Source: Candidatus Aenigmatarchaeota archaeon (GTDB lineage Archaea > Aenigmatarchaeota > Aenigmatarchaeia > CG10238-14 > SpSt-28). Taken from it: 64,000 nucleotides of DNA. Of this stretch, positions 45,127 to 54,461 are shown one piece after another. A program made the translations under genes and the position numbers. Under the pieces are notes generated by a model that was not told the DNA's origin, ran no database searches, and was given only the letters and a program-made list of their open reading frames with translations. Where the stretch lies: positions 64,825 through 128,824 of the forward strand of contig JAVVFY010000001.1 in the NCBI GenBank assembly GCA_032249395.1, given 5' to 3'. Each line of letters begins with the position of its first letter. The stretch's first letter is position 1.

Positions 45127-45690
45127 ATGAACCTTACCATTTTCTTTGTTACAATAATGAGTTTAATTTTCATTCTACAACATCCTTTAGAGTTAGTCGA
45201 GTATTTTTCTTTTATACCCAATGAAGCGTTATATAGACCGTGGACTTTCATAACTTCTATATTTTTGCATGCAAACTTTCAACACTTATTCTATAACATG
45301 CTCGCTCTTTTCTTTTTTGGTTCATATTTAGAATCTTTGGTAAGTAGAAAAACTTATTTGATAATATTTTTTATTTCAGGAATTTTTGGTAACATATTTT
45401 TTCTTTTTGTAACTCATAACCCTTCAATACCTGCGGTAGGTGCTTCTGGATCAATCTATGGAATAATAGGTGCGTTGGCGGCAATAAAGCCATATGCTAT
45501 AGTTTATGTTTATTTTGCTCCTATGCCTCTGATAGTTCTAGCATTTTTATGGGGTATTATTTCTTTTATTGGTGTTTTCGTTCCTAGCAGTATTGCACAT
45601 GCTGCTCATCTTTCTGGGTTAATAACTGGTTATTTAATTGGATTGATTATAAGAAAAAGAGGAGCAAGAAAATACAAGAGAATTATTTAG
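45127..45690 (+). CDS. Rhomboid-family intramembrane serine protease
   Basis: HANFQHLFYNM, the catalytic GASGSIYG, and AHLSG (His). Six TM helices. Confidence 0.85.
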   Translation: MNLTIFFVTIMSLIFILQHPLELVEYFSFIPNEALYRPWTFITSIFLHANFQHLFYNMLALFFFGSYLESLVSRKTYLIIFFISGIFGNIFFLFVTHNPSIPAVGASGSIYGIIGALAAIKPYAIVYVYFAPMPLIVLAFLWGIISFIGVFVPSSIAHAAHLSGLITGYLIGLIIRKRGARKYKRII

Positions 45691-45998
45691 CTTGATTTTT
45701 GTATCTCCCCCTTTGACACTTCTCCTTCTTGTGGCGTTGAAGTTACTATGTGTTTTGTTATTACAACATCCCCAACTGCTTGAACCACTGAATAAGGAAC
45801 TATTACTCTTCTGGCACCTAGAAGGCGACCCATTTCACTATTTGGTTGTGTTTCAATTACTATTGATTTTAATCTAAAGCTAGTGAGGTCGATTTCTAGG
45901 TCTTTTATCCTACCTAGATAATATCCTTTGTTAGTGAAGACATCTTTTTCCAAAACTTCGGTAACTTCTTTAACAGTAACCATTTTGTCCCCCTCCAA
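45687..45998 (-). CDS. PRC-barrel domain protein
   Basis: VFTNKGYYLGRIKDLEIDLTSFRLKSIVIE matches the PRC-barrel pattern. 103 aa. Confidence 0.55.
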   Translation of the reverse strand: MEGDKMVTVKEVTEVLEKDVFTNKGYYLGRIKDLEIDLTSFRLKSIVIETQPNSEMGRLLGARRVIVPYSVVQAVGDVVITKHIVTSTPQEGEVSKGEIQKSS

Positions 45999-46051
45999 TA
46001 TTCTTATTGATTTTTAGTATTTAAAAAACAACTATGAAAATTAGAATTAGT

Positions 46052-46136
46052 GCTGGGGTCGCCTAACCTGGTAGGGCACCAGCCTGCTAAGCTGGTGGGG
46101 TTTATCCCCTTGCGGGTTCAAATCCCGCCCCCAGCG
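46052..46136 (+). tRNA. tRNA-Ser (anticodon GCU), class II with a long variable arm
   Basis: Acceptor GCTGGGG/CCCCAGC, anticodon arm CCAGC-CTGCTAA-GCTGG, variable arm TGGGGTTTATCCCCTT, T arm GCGGG-TTCAAAT-CCCGC, discriminator G. Confidence 0.9.
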
Positions 46137-46145
46137 AGGGAGAGA

Positions 46146-46769
46146 ATGAAAATATTAAGAATAGAGGATGTATTGAGGAATAAAAAAATCTCTCCTATTT
46201 CTCCCCCTTGTCTAATAGCAAAAGAACTAAAAATTAAGTATATAATAAAAGAAAACGGAAGAATAACAGGTCCAGCAGTAGGTTTATCCATATTAGTAGA
46301 CAAACTGACAAGAAATTTACCCATAAAATCAATGCTCGATCTATGCTGCGGAACTGGAGCTTTGAGTAAGATTGCTAAAAGGAATAATGTTCCTAAAGTT
46401 GTTTGTGTTGATAAAAACATAGAAGCAGTTAAGAGAAATATTGATAATAAAGCTAATGTTATAATATTGAAGGCCGATGTGTTAAAATTTGAAATAAATC
46501 AATTCTTTGATTTAATAGTGTTGGACGCACCTAAAGAGTTACTTCCAAAGTTGTTTAAGAGATTCGAGTATTTTGTATCTAATTCAAACATTTTTGTCAT
46601 ATGGCATGGTAGTTGTGAAGAGGTCGAGTGGAATGAAAAGGTTAGAGAAAGACTTAGAAGTATTTCTAGGGTAGTTTATTCTTTTTCAATATACGGAGAA
46701 GAAATATCAGCATCTTCATCAACAGAAAAGGGAATAAGTTGGTTAAGAAAATTTTACACAAAGTGGTAA
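46146..46769 (+). CDS. Class I SAM-dependent methyltransferase
   Basis: MLDLCCGTGALS (motif I) and IVLDAPKE (motif IV-like). The start is taken at ATG 46146, because the track ORF start at 46050 lies inside tRNA-Ser. Confidence 0.7.
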   Translation: MKILRIEDVLRNKKISPISPPCLIAKELKIKYIIKENGRITGPAVGLSILVDKLTRNLPIKSMLDLCCGTGALSKIAKRNNVPKVVCVDKNIEAVKRNIDNKANVIILKADVLKFEINQFFDLIVLDAPKELLPKLFKRFEYFVSNSNIFVIWHGSCEEVEWNEKVRERLRSISRVVYSFSIYGEEISASSSTEKGISWLRKFYTKW

Positions 46770-46771
46770 AA

Positions 46772-47221
46772 ATGGAGTGCGAGATTTGTGGATGTGAAAC
46801 AAAAAAAATATTTATAGCAAAAATTGATGGAGCAGTTCTCAGGGTTTGTGAAGAGTGTTCTAAAGGAGGGGAAATATTGAATATAATAATCAAAAATAAT
46901 GAGCCAAAGAGAGAAAAACCTCCACTATATTACGAAGAAGATGAATATGAATTAATAGAAGGTTACGGAAAGATAATTGAAGAAGCTAGAAAGAAAATTG
47001 GAATATCTTTAGAAGATTTGGCAAGAAGAATAGGAGAAAAAGAAAGCCTTATTAGAAAAATTGAGCGTGAGGAGATCAGACCATCTGATAAAATTATAGA
47101 AAAACTAGAAAAATTCTTAAAAATAAAACTTAGAGAGAAATTTGATTATAGACCAAAAGAAAATAATAAAAAATCATATAAAAGATTGCGAATCGCAGAT
47201 GTAGTAAAAATAAAAGATTAG
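46772..47221 (+). CDS. mbf1: Archaeal multiprotein bridging factor 1 (Zn ribbon + XRE HTH)
   Basis: MECEICG...CEECSKGG, then IEEARKKIGISLEDLARRIGEKESLIRKIE. Confidence 0.8.
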   Translation: MECEICGCETKKIFIAKIDGAVLRVCEECSKGGEILNIIIKNNEPKREKPPLYYEEDEYELIEGYGKIIEEARKKIGISLEDLARRIGEKESLIRKIEREEIRPSDKIIEKLEKFLKIKLREKFDYRPKENNKKSYKRLRIADVVKIKD

Positions 47222-47490
47222 AGAGCTTTTTTGAACTTTTCTCTGAATTCTTTAGTAGTTTCTATCAAATTTTCTATTGCTTTTTCTAGAGCTTCTTTGA
47301 CATTGCCTTTCTTTACTTTAACCCATATTTTTGGTTCGCTTAAGTAGGGATGTTCCCTAAAAGAAGCAGCCTCGCTAACATTTTTATCTTCCCATAACTG
47401 TTCTTCTATGGCACTGGTTAAAGTAAAAGTTTCTTCTTTCACTTCAATCAGTGCGCTTTTTTCATCACCTTTAATTTTTACCAGTTCCAT
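47218..47490 (-). CDS. rpoL: RNA polymerase subunit Rpo11 (L)
   Basis: 90 aa. EETFTLTSAIEEQLWEDKNVSEAASFREHPYLSEPKIWVKV fits the Rpo11 pattern (ged-HT-lgN-l...v.fA.Y...HPl). Confidence 0.65.
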   Translation of the reverse strand: MELVKIKGDEKSALIEVKEETFTLTSAIEEQLWEDKNVSEAASFREHPYLSEPKIWVKVKKGNVKEALEKAIENLIETTKEFREKFKKAL

Positions 47491-47532
47491 GCTTTATAGT
47501 TGTATATTTACTTATTTATAGTTTTTCCATAC

Positions 47533-48768
47533 CTAAGGATATGATATTCTGAGAATTACTCTATAGACTTCATACATGTCGTAGCTTTCTACATTCAAAT
47601 AAGGAATTTTATAAATGCTGTAAGGTTCTGTAAGGTAGGGGTTTTTATTAGAGACTGTCAGAATGAGGGAAAGAAGAGCAAGCTTTTGGTCATGAGTAGC
47701 ATTATTGTCTCTGTCGAAGTCTACTATCCAAGCCACTTTTGAAGTATTAAGAACAGAGATAGGTATTTTTTTTAAAGGAGAGGCTTCGTATAGAAAGATT
47801 CGTTGTTCATTGCCATCAGTTAAAATAACATTATTATTTCCTCTAAAATTAGTGAAATTATAGACTTTCTTAAAAGACAAAGAAAAGCTAGTGTTTGATA
47901 AAATGTAAGAAAGAAAGAAATTATAGTTTTCTAATGTAAAACTTTCTCTTTCTCTGACTATCTTAACTTCCCCAGAAGTTCTAAAGTATACAGATTTAGA
48001 ATTATAGTCGATTTCAAAAGGTATTATGTAATTTCTGAATGTGAAATTACCAATGTAGTTTCCAGAAGTTTGGTTAAAAGAAGTAGCGTTTATGATTATT
48101 GGAACGTTATAAAAAAACTTGTAGGGATTGTAGATTTCGACATAGGTGTTTATAGGGGTGCTTATGTTTATATCATAAGATGGTTGTGTTGGAGAAGTCA
48201 CATCTATTCCGAATATTTCTTTTGTTGTATCATCTATAACATTTCCTAGGTCTGAAATCTCTATTATTCCCCTGTTTTTAGATATATAATTTAATATCTC
48301 GGATCTATAAAGTGTTAGATTAGTGTAGTTGCAAATTATTAGCAAATCTGAATATAAAGGAATGTTTGTTAAGTTTGAAGGAATAAAGAAAATATTAACA
48401 ACTCTTTTGTTTATAACAACAGAACTATACCATGTCGAAAACTTATTTATTCTCTCTCTAGTACAGTTTGCTGCAACTATTATGGTATCTTTTATAGTTT
48501 CTTCTGGATATATAGATATAATAATAGATTCGTTTGCTATCGAAGTTTTAGATATAAAATCTTTCAAAAAGTTATTAGAGAAAGAAGCGTTGTAGAGCTT
48601 CTCAACATAATCTAGAGAATTGAATAAATCTCTGCCAATAACAGCGAGATTTGCCAACTGCCAGTTTGTTTTTAATACTACTGGTTTAAAAATGAAGTAA
48701 AATGCTACAAAGAGCAATACTAATGCTGAAATTACTTCCAACATTGTGGCCTGCCCTAATAAAGCCAT
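47533..48768 (-). CDS. Large pilin-like/pilus-associated protein with class III-type signal
   Basis: N-terminus MALLGQATMLEVISALVLLFVAFYF. The extracellular part is N-glycosylation-sequon rich. It is the last gene of the pilus operon. Confidence 0.5.
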   Translation of the reverse strand: MALLGQATMLEVISALVLLFVAFYFIFKPVVLKTNWQLANLAVIGRDLFNSLDYVEKLYNASFSNNFLKDFISKTSIANESIIISIYPEETIKDTIIVAANCTRERINKFSTWYSSVVINKRVVNIFFIPSNLTNIPLYSDLLIICNYTNLTLYRSEILNYISKNRGIIEISDLGNVIDDTTKEIFGIDVTSPTQPSYDINISTPINTYVEIYNPYKFFYNVPIIINATSFNQTSGNYIGNFTFRNYIIPFEIDYNSKSVYFRTSGEVKIVRERESFTLENYNFFLSYILSNTSFSLSFKKVYNFTNFRGNNNVILTDGNEQRIFLYEASPLKKIPISVLNTSKVAWIVDFDRDNNATHDQKLALLSLILTVSNKNPYLTEPYSIYKIPYLNVESYDMYEVYRVILRISYP

Positions 48769-49232
48769 ATTATGATCTCTCCATAGCTTTTGTTGCTAAA
48801 TGAAATTATTCTACTCATTTTTGCAATTTTTTCTCCAACAGCTTTAGAACAATTTGCTATTAGATTTCCCTCTAAATAAACAACAAAATTTATATCATTT
48901 TTTAAATCTAGCAAGGTTTTAAATCTGTTATAATCTGAGTTGCAGATATCATTAGCATACGATACTTTTAGTATTGATACAACGTTTGTTATGTTTAAAC
49001 TTTCGTCAAGTAGACCAATTCTTTTTACATTTAATGAATTCCAATTTGCCGGTTCTCCGACATCATTTATCAAAAGCTCTGAAATTTGATAAGCTTCAAC
49101 TAGTAGTGCTTGTCTTCTAATCTCGTTAATGTAATTAGGATAGTATGAAATAAGTTCGTAAATCAAAAATAAAACTGAAACTACAAAAAGAGATAGAGCT
49201 GCGAATTGTTCAAATCCTACTTGTGTTTTCAT
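48756..49232 (-). CDS. Pilin-like protein
   Basis: N-terminus MKTQVGFEQFAALSLFVVSVLFLIY. 158 aa. Confidence 0.5.
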   Translation of the reverse strand: MKTQVGFEQFAALSLFVVSVLFLIYELISYYPNYINEIRRQALLVEAYQISELLINDVGEPANWNSLNVKRIGLLDESLNITNVVSILKVSYANDICNSDYNRFKTLLDLKNDINFVVYLEGNLIANCSKAVGEKIAKMSRIISFSNKSYGEIIIWLY

Positions 49233-50144
49233 TCAAACACCTATAAGCCCTATTCTGAAAAGAAGTAAAAAGGCACCAATTACTATAGCAGTTAGAATTA
49301 TAGAATGCTTAATTCCTGCTTTAACAGAACCTTCTGCCACTTGACCGGCAACAAGGCCGCCAAATATTGCTTGAATAAAAGATAGCAAAAAGAAAATAGA
49401 TACGTAATAATAAGGTTTACCCTCCTTTAGTCCTATAAAGTTGTAAGAAATAAAAGCCAAACCATTACAAACGTTGCAAGATATTCCAGCACAAGTGGAG
49501 CATGGATCTAAAATACCTCCAACTCCAGATATTTGTGGGTTGCTGAAAATTGGAATCAAAAGTTTGTTTATCATAACAACAACCCCAAGAAAAATAAAAG
49601 AAATTGCGTATATCATAACAGTATACTGTCTAAGAATTGAACTTCTTTCTTTTTCCATTTGATTAATCATTTCTAAAGATTCGGAAAGAGAAGTTAAAAC
49701 AGAAACCAGGTTTCCCCCAGACATTTGTGATTCTTTTAATATTCTGAATGCTGTCGAGATTCTTTTATTATCTTTAGTTTTTTCTGCGAATCTATCAAAA
49801 ATTTTAATAATAGGAATGTTCCAACTTATCTGATTGGCAATAGGCCTTACTATTTTATTCAAACTTCCGTAATCATATTTGCTAACAATCTTTATTGCTT
49901 TGTGTAGTGGAACTCCTGTGGCTAGAGTTTGTGTTAAATCGTGTAAAAATATTGGAAACTTCTCTTCCATTTCTTTTCTTTCTCTATACTTTCTGTATTC
50001 GAAGAATGCAAACACTGAAAAAGAAAAGAAAGCAGAGAGGATTAATGTATTGGCAAAAATTCCAGAATCTTTAGATAAATAACCAAAAAGAACTAATAGC
50101 AAAGAAAAGACTAAAACGCTAGCTTTAATTTTGTTTTCTTCCAT
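49233..50144 (-). CDS. Type IV pilus platform protein, single T2SS-F domain (TadC/FlaJ-half-like)
   Basis: The T2SSF-like region is FLHDLTQTLATGVPLHKAI...ESQMSGGNL. An extracytoplasmic loop reads CSTCAGISCNVCNG. Confidence 0.7.
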   Translation of the reverse strand: MEENKIKASVLVFSLLLVLFGYLSKDSGIFANTLILSAFFSFSVFAFFEYRKYRERKEMEEKFPIFLHDLTQTLATGVPLHKAIKIVSKYDYGSLNKIVRPIANQISWNIPIIKIFDRFAEKTKDNKRISTAFRILKESQMSGGNLVSVLTSLSESLEMINQMEKERSSILRQYTVMIYAISFIFLGVVVMINKLLIPIFSNPQISGVGGILDPCSTCAGISCNVCNGLAFISYNFIGLKEGKPYYYVSIFFLLSFIQAIFGGLVAGQVAEGSVKAGIKHSIILTAIVIGAFLLLFRIGLIGV

Positions 50145-50172
50145 AGATTATATTTTTTTTTATAGTTAAAAT

Positions 50173-51042
50173 CTACTCCCAGAATGGTTGGGCTCTTTTT
50201 ATTAAGAATAGAAATAATGTAGAAATAGAGGGAAGAAATACGAAAATCATAAAAAGTTGTAAGCCTAGCACGTTTTGAGCTTCTCCTAAAGCTGCAACTA
50301 CTGAAGTTAAAATTATGAAAAATATGGTCCCCAAGAAGACTGCGACTAAATATATCTCTGTGTAGATTGTCATCGAATGAGAAAATTCTGAAAGCTTCCT
50401 TCTGTACTCAATAAAGAAATCTGTCGTCCTTTCTTTAACAAAGGTATAAATATTTCCCCCACTTCTCATAGTTGCTAAAATTCCATATAGAAATTCTCTA
50501 AATTTTCTAGAGGGGGTCCTATTAATTGCTCTTTCTAGTGCAGTTTCAATGTCTAGACCAAAAAATTCGATGTCATTAACGATTTTTTTTATTTCTTCGT
50601 ATATTGCTTCATGTTGACTAAATTCAGTATATGTTTTTATAGCTTTGTGGAGCGGTAAACCAGAGCTTAATATTGAGGAAAGATACAAAGAAGAAAATGG
50701 CAAATATTTGTCGATCTCCTTTTCCCTGTTTTTTATTATCCTTTTTGGATAATTCAGATATATAATAAAAACAATTATCGGCAAGATTATTGTTAATGTT
50801 ATAGATGTTAGATAGCCAAAAAGAAAAGAACCAAAAGTAAACGAAATAGAAAAAGATACTACAGGAAGAATAAGCATGAAAGTAATAAGGCTTGCGAATA
50901 GAGCGTTTGCAAGGTATTCTTGAGGAGAGATTTTTAAGTCGGCTCTTTTTAATTCTTCTTTTAAGAATGGAAAATAGGGCTCTATTTTTTTTGCTAAGTC
51001 TCCAAAAAGTCTAAAGGCGTATCTAGAAAACATGTTAGTCAC
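50173..51042 (-). CDS. Type IV pilus platform protein, single T2SS-F domain (TadB/FlaJ-half-like)
   Basis: LSSGLPLHKAIKTY...ATMRSGGNI. 289 aa with TM helices at both ends. Confidence 0.7.
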   Translation of the reverse strand: MTNMFSRYAFRLFGDLAKKIEPYFPFLKEELKRADLKISPQEYLANALFASLITFMLILPVVSFSISFTFGSFLFGYLTSITLTIILPIIVFIIYLNYPKRIIKNREKEIDKYLPFSSLYLSSILSSGLPLHKAIKTYTEFSQHEAIYEEIKKIVNDIEFFGLDIETALERAINRTPSRKFREFLYGILATMRSGGNIYTFVKERTTDFFIEYRRKLSEFSHSMTIYTEIYLVAVFLGTIFFIILTSVVAALGEAQNVLGLQLFMIFVFLPSISTLFLFLIKRAQPFWE

Positions 51043-52822
51043 TTTCTACTAAAGCTAAAACTCTATTTGGCATTGTATAATATGCAGAAATTATGGCGTA
51101 GACATCTTTAAAATCAACTATGTTTTTTTCTTTCATCCATTTTAAAATCGCTACTCTTCTTTGAAATTCATCAATAACTTCTTTTTCTTTTAATCCAGTT
51201 GTTTGGGAAATTTTCTTCAAAATAGCGCTCTTTTCTCCTATTTCGAACGCGTCTTTAAACGGATCCCATTTAAAAACATAATTAATAATTGGCGATTTTT
51301 CTCCTGGTGGGAAGCCAATCATTTCTATCACTTCTGTAACTCTTCTTACAAACTTTTCTTTATATCTTATTCTTTGCATAAAAACAACAATATCCAAACT
51401 TCCTATTAGACCTTCAGGCAGTGAGATTGGAGGAGATGTTAATCTATCTATTAATTTTTGGAAGTTTTCTGCATGTATTGTTGCTAAGGAGGGATGTCCG
51501 CTAGCCATTTGTTGGAATAAAACGTATGCTTCCTGCCCTCTAACCTCTCCCAGAACTATGTAGTCTGGTCTTTGTCTCAGACTTTCTTTTAGCAACTGGA
51601 ACAAATCTATTTCGCCCTCTTTTCCTGTAGAAATTGGAGTTCTTGCTACATGAGAAATCCAGTGAGGATGAGGCAAAACCACTTCTGCGGTATCTTCTAT
51701 CGAAATTATCTTCTTTTCTGGTCTTATGAAAAGCGATAAAACGTTTAGCATGGTTGTTTTTCCACTTGCCGTACCTCCAGCAATTAATATACTTCTACCA
51801 TAATCAACTGCTAACCAAAGGTAAGCTAAAACTCTTTCATCTACTGTTCCAAAATTTATTAGATGAATAGGTGTTAGAGGCTCCTCCATGAATTTTCTTA
51901 TGGTGAAATTGCTTCCTCTTCTAGCTATGTCGGTGGCTAAAGTTGCTTGCAGTCTAGAACCATCCGGCAAAGTACCATTAACTAAAGGTTGTGAAATTGA
52001 TACAGATTTCCCGGCTAGTTGAGCAAGTTTTATTATAAATGAGTCAAGTTCCTCGGCGTCTTCAAATATTATGTTCGTCTCAACAGAACCGACTCTAGGA
52101 TTCCTGTGGAAAACAAAAATTGGTATGTTTACCCCATCGCAACTAATGTCTTCAATGTTCGGGTCTTTCATCAATGCTTCAATTTTTCCCAAACCAATAA
52201 AATCTCTTTCAACATAATATCTTACAATTTCCACTTCTTCTTGAGAAAGTTTAAACTTGAAATATTTAATAACATCTTCTATATGAACTTTTAAATATTC
52301 TTTCGCTCTAACTAAATTTAGTTTTGATAAATCTACATCAAGTCGTTGCTCTATAAGATCTTTAACTTTTTTAATTATCTCTTTCATTCTTTCATCTAGC
52401 TTCGGTTCTACAAGCTCATAAATGTATCTTTGCTTTCTTTTATCCCAGTATATTCTTGCGTAGGCAAAAACTTTTTCTCCAGCTTTCGGCTCTCTTGGTA
52501 TTAATGGATAGGAAAGTGAAAATTCCTCAGGTTGAATAAAGGGAGGTGGAGATGGTGTTACTTTAAGTTGTTTGGGTATCTGTATTCCTTCTATTTCAAT
52601 TTTTGTTTTTCCTTCGTCCTTTTTTTCAATTCCAGTTTCTATCGGTATATAAATAGGTATTGTTGCAGGTGAGACAAGAGGAGAAATCTTTACGGGTAGA
52701 TATAACTCTTTTTCTTCTTGCTCTTTCTTTTTTTCATTTTCTTCTTTTTCCTGTGAGATTTTTTCCCATCCCTCGATTGCTTTTTTAAAAAATTTTCGCA
52801 TCGCTAACTTCATTTTATCCAC
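51035..52822 (-). CDS. Type II/IV secretion ATPase (FlaI/TadA/PilB-like) with a Pro-rich N-terminal extension
   Basis: Walker A GGTASGKTT, Walker B DYIVLGEVRG, and a His box region SGHPSLATIHA. 595 aa. Confidence 0.9.
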   Translation of the reverse strand: MDKMKLAMRKFFKKAIEGWEKISQEKEENEKKKEQEEKELYLPVKISPLVSPATIPIYIPIETGIEKKDEGKTKIEIEGIQIPKQLKVTPSPPPFIQPEEFSLSYPLIPREPKAGEKVFAYARIYWDKRKQRYIYELVEPKLDERMKEIIKKVKDLIEQRLDVDLSKLNLVRAKEYLKVHIEDVIKYFKFKLSQEEVEIVRYYVERDFIGLGKIEALMKDPNIEDISCDGVNIPIFVFHRNPRVGSVETNIIFEDAEELDSFIIKLAQLAGKSVSISQPLVNGTLPDGSRLQATLATDIARRGSNFTIRKFMEEPLTPIHLINFGTVDERVLAYLWLAVDYGRSILIAGGTASGKTTMLNVLSLFIRPEKKIISIEDTAEVVLPHPHWISHVARTPISTGKEGEIDLFQLLKESLRQRPDYIVLGEVRGQEAYVLFQQMASGHPSLATIHAENFQKLIDRLTSPPISLPEGLIGSLDIVVFMQRIRYKEKFVRRVTEVIEMIGFPPGEKSPIINYVFKWDPFKDAFEIGEKSAILKKISQTTGLKEKEVIDEFQRRVAILKWMKEKNIVDFKDVYAIISAYYTMPNRVLALVESD

Positions 52823-53273
52823 CTATTTTGAATTTATTTTCAGTTTTATTAAAATAGAAGTTGACTATTGATGTTTTGTTTAAATCATGAATAGAATATG
52901 TTTCGCCTGTAGAATAAAATCCGATAAAGTCAACTGTTAAATTAAGGTTATGTGAAGATACGAAAGTTTGTTTTTGAAGTGGCATGCTTCTAACGTAAAT
53001 TAGTTTATTCGTCGCATTAATTTCATGAAAGTTGTCAAACACTTGGTAAGGTATTCCATATGATACCTTTGAATAATTGCAATACTTACAACCTGCATAG
53101 GTATAAATTAAAAAAGCAGAAGTATAAGAAGATAGCAACTCTCTAAAATAAGATAAAAGCCTATCTTTTGATGATAGAGAGAATGAGAAAATGTAATTAG
53201 AGACTATGGCAAATATAGAAATAGAAATTACTAAGTAGAGCATGAAATTAATAACTTGAGTCTGAGCCTTCAT
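52815..53273 (-). CDS. Pilin-like protein
   Basis: N-terminus MKAQTQVINFMLYLVISISIFAIV. 152 aa. Confidence 0.5.
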   Translation of the reverse strand: MKAQTQVINFMLYLVISISIFAIVSNYIFSFSLSSKDRLLSYFRELLSSYTSAFLIYTYAGCKYCNYSKVSYGIPYQVFDNFHEINATNKLIYVRSMPLQKQTFVSSHNLNLTVDFIGFYSTGETYSIHDLNKTSIVNFYFNKTENKFKIGG

Positions 53274-53902
53274 GATATTTCTATTTTAACTTTTGTTACT
53301 ATAAAATTTTCATTCTTTTCTATGTTTTCTCTACTAATCCTAATGGTCTTTCCAGTGCTAGTTTGTTTAATTCCAGTTGGTGAAACTAATTGTATAGAAT
53401 AGACTTCTCCTGTTGGAGACGTCAAGTTCCTAAAATGCACAAAATAAGTTATGTTGAAACCGTTAAACACAGAGTCTCCTTTAAGGCAGACGACAGAAAA
53501 AGAATCTTTTCCTACAGTTCCTGTTGTGGGCGGACATGAGGCTCCAGAAGTTAAAGATATAGGTTCGCTAACGTTAATATTAGTTACCCTTGAAAAAAAC
53601 GAAAATACTATTGAATTGTTAAAAGGAGAATTATCATTAAAAGGGTAAACTTCCCATATTCCTTGAGTATCTAAAGTTAAAACTTCGGTAGAACCGGTAT
53701 TAGCTACAAACTCTATTTTTCTAGGCAAAGAATTATGATTATAATAGTCAAAGAAACTTATAGTTCTTTCTAACATAGACCTATCTTGAGACTTTTGAAG
53801 AAGCGGCAACCCATAAAGATAGGCGGCAGAAATTAATCCGATAGAAATAGCTACAATCATAACTACTGAAATTATTTCTGCGACCGCCTTTATTCTAACC
53901 AC
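53270..53902 (-). CDS. Pilin-like protein
   Basis: N-terminus MVRIKAVAEIISVVMIVAISIGLISAAYLYG. 210 aa. Confidence 0.55.
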   Translation of the reverse strand: MVRIKAVAEIISVVMIVAISIGLISAAYLYGLPLLQKSQDRSMLERTISFFDYYNHNSLPRKIEFVANTGSTEVLTLDTQGIWEVYPFNDNSPFNNSIVFSFFSRVTNINVSEPISLTSGASCPPTTGTVGKDSFSVVCLKGDSVFNGFNITYFVHFRNLTSPTGEVYSIQLVSPTGIKQTSTGKTIRISRENIEKNENFIVTKVKIEIS

Positions 53903-53912
53903 CTCTTTTTAT

Positions 53913-54398
53913 TTATTGTGTAGAAGGTATCTTTGGTATTGTTGGTGGTTTTGGAGGTATTGGTAATGGAGGTTTTGATAATTTTTTAGAAATATCTTCA
54001 AGTAGAGCTATTAACGCTTCATTATTTTCCAATATTTTGTTATTTATTTCGGCTAGTTTTTCTATTTTTTCAATTAGTGGCTTATTGTCTATGGTTGGTC
54101 TTGTTTCTTCCTCCCCAGCGGCTTTAATTAATTCAAGTAGCTCATCTATCTTTTTAGTCAATTCTTCTATTTTTAATGGGAGTTTAGAAAGTTCTATTCT
54201 TAAAGAATCATTAGCTTTTATTAAAGCATCTACAATTTCTTGGTTCATCCTTATTATTTGAATAATTTCTCTATAAAGTTCTCTTTCGTTTATTGATGCT
54301 TTTTTTTCAAGTTCTTCTATTCTTCTTTCCAACCTTCTCAAAGGAGTCAAAGGAATTAATTCAAATTCTTCTTGAGTTTTTTCGTTTTCAGCTTCCAT
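53913..54398 (-). CDS. Coiled-coil protein with a Pro-rich C-terminus; first gene of the pilus locus
   Basis: 161 aa with heptad-like E/L/K repeats, ending KPPLPIPPKPPTIPKIPSTQ. Confidence 0.5.
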   Translation of the reverse strand: MEAENEKTQEEFELIPLTPLRRLERRIEELEKKASINERELYREIIQIIRMNQEIVDALIKANDSLRIELSKLPLKIEELTKKIDELLELIKAAGEEETRPTIDNKPLIEKIEKLAEINNKILENNEALIALLEDISKKLSKPPLPIPPKPPTIPKIPSTQ

Positions 54399-54461
54399 AA
54401 ATCTAATTAATTTACACTAATTTAAATATTGATTAAAAAAGAAAAAAAAGAGAATTAAAAT

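Noticed and set aside
46050-46145. An N-terminal extension of the methyltransferase ORF (track start at 46050).
   Set aside because: The extension is a translation of tRNA-Ser (46052-46136). The ATG at 46146 gives a normal MTase N-terminus.
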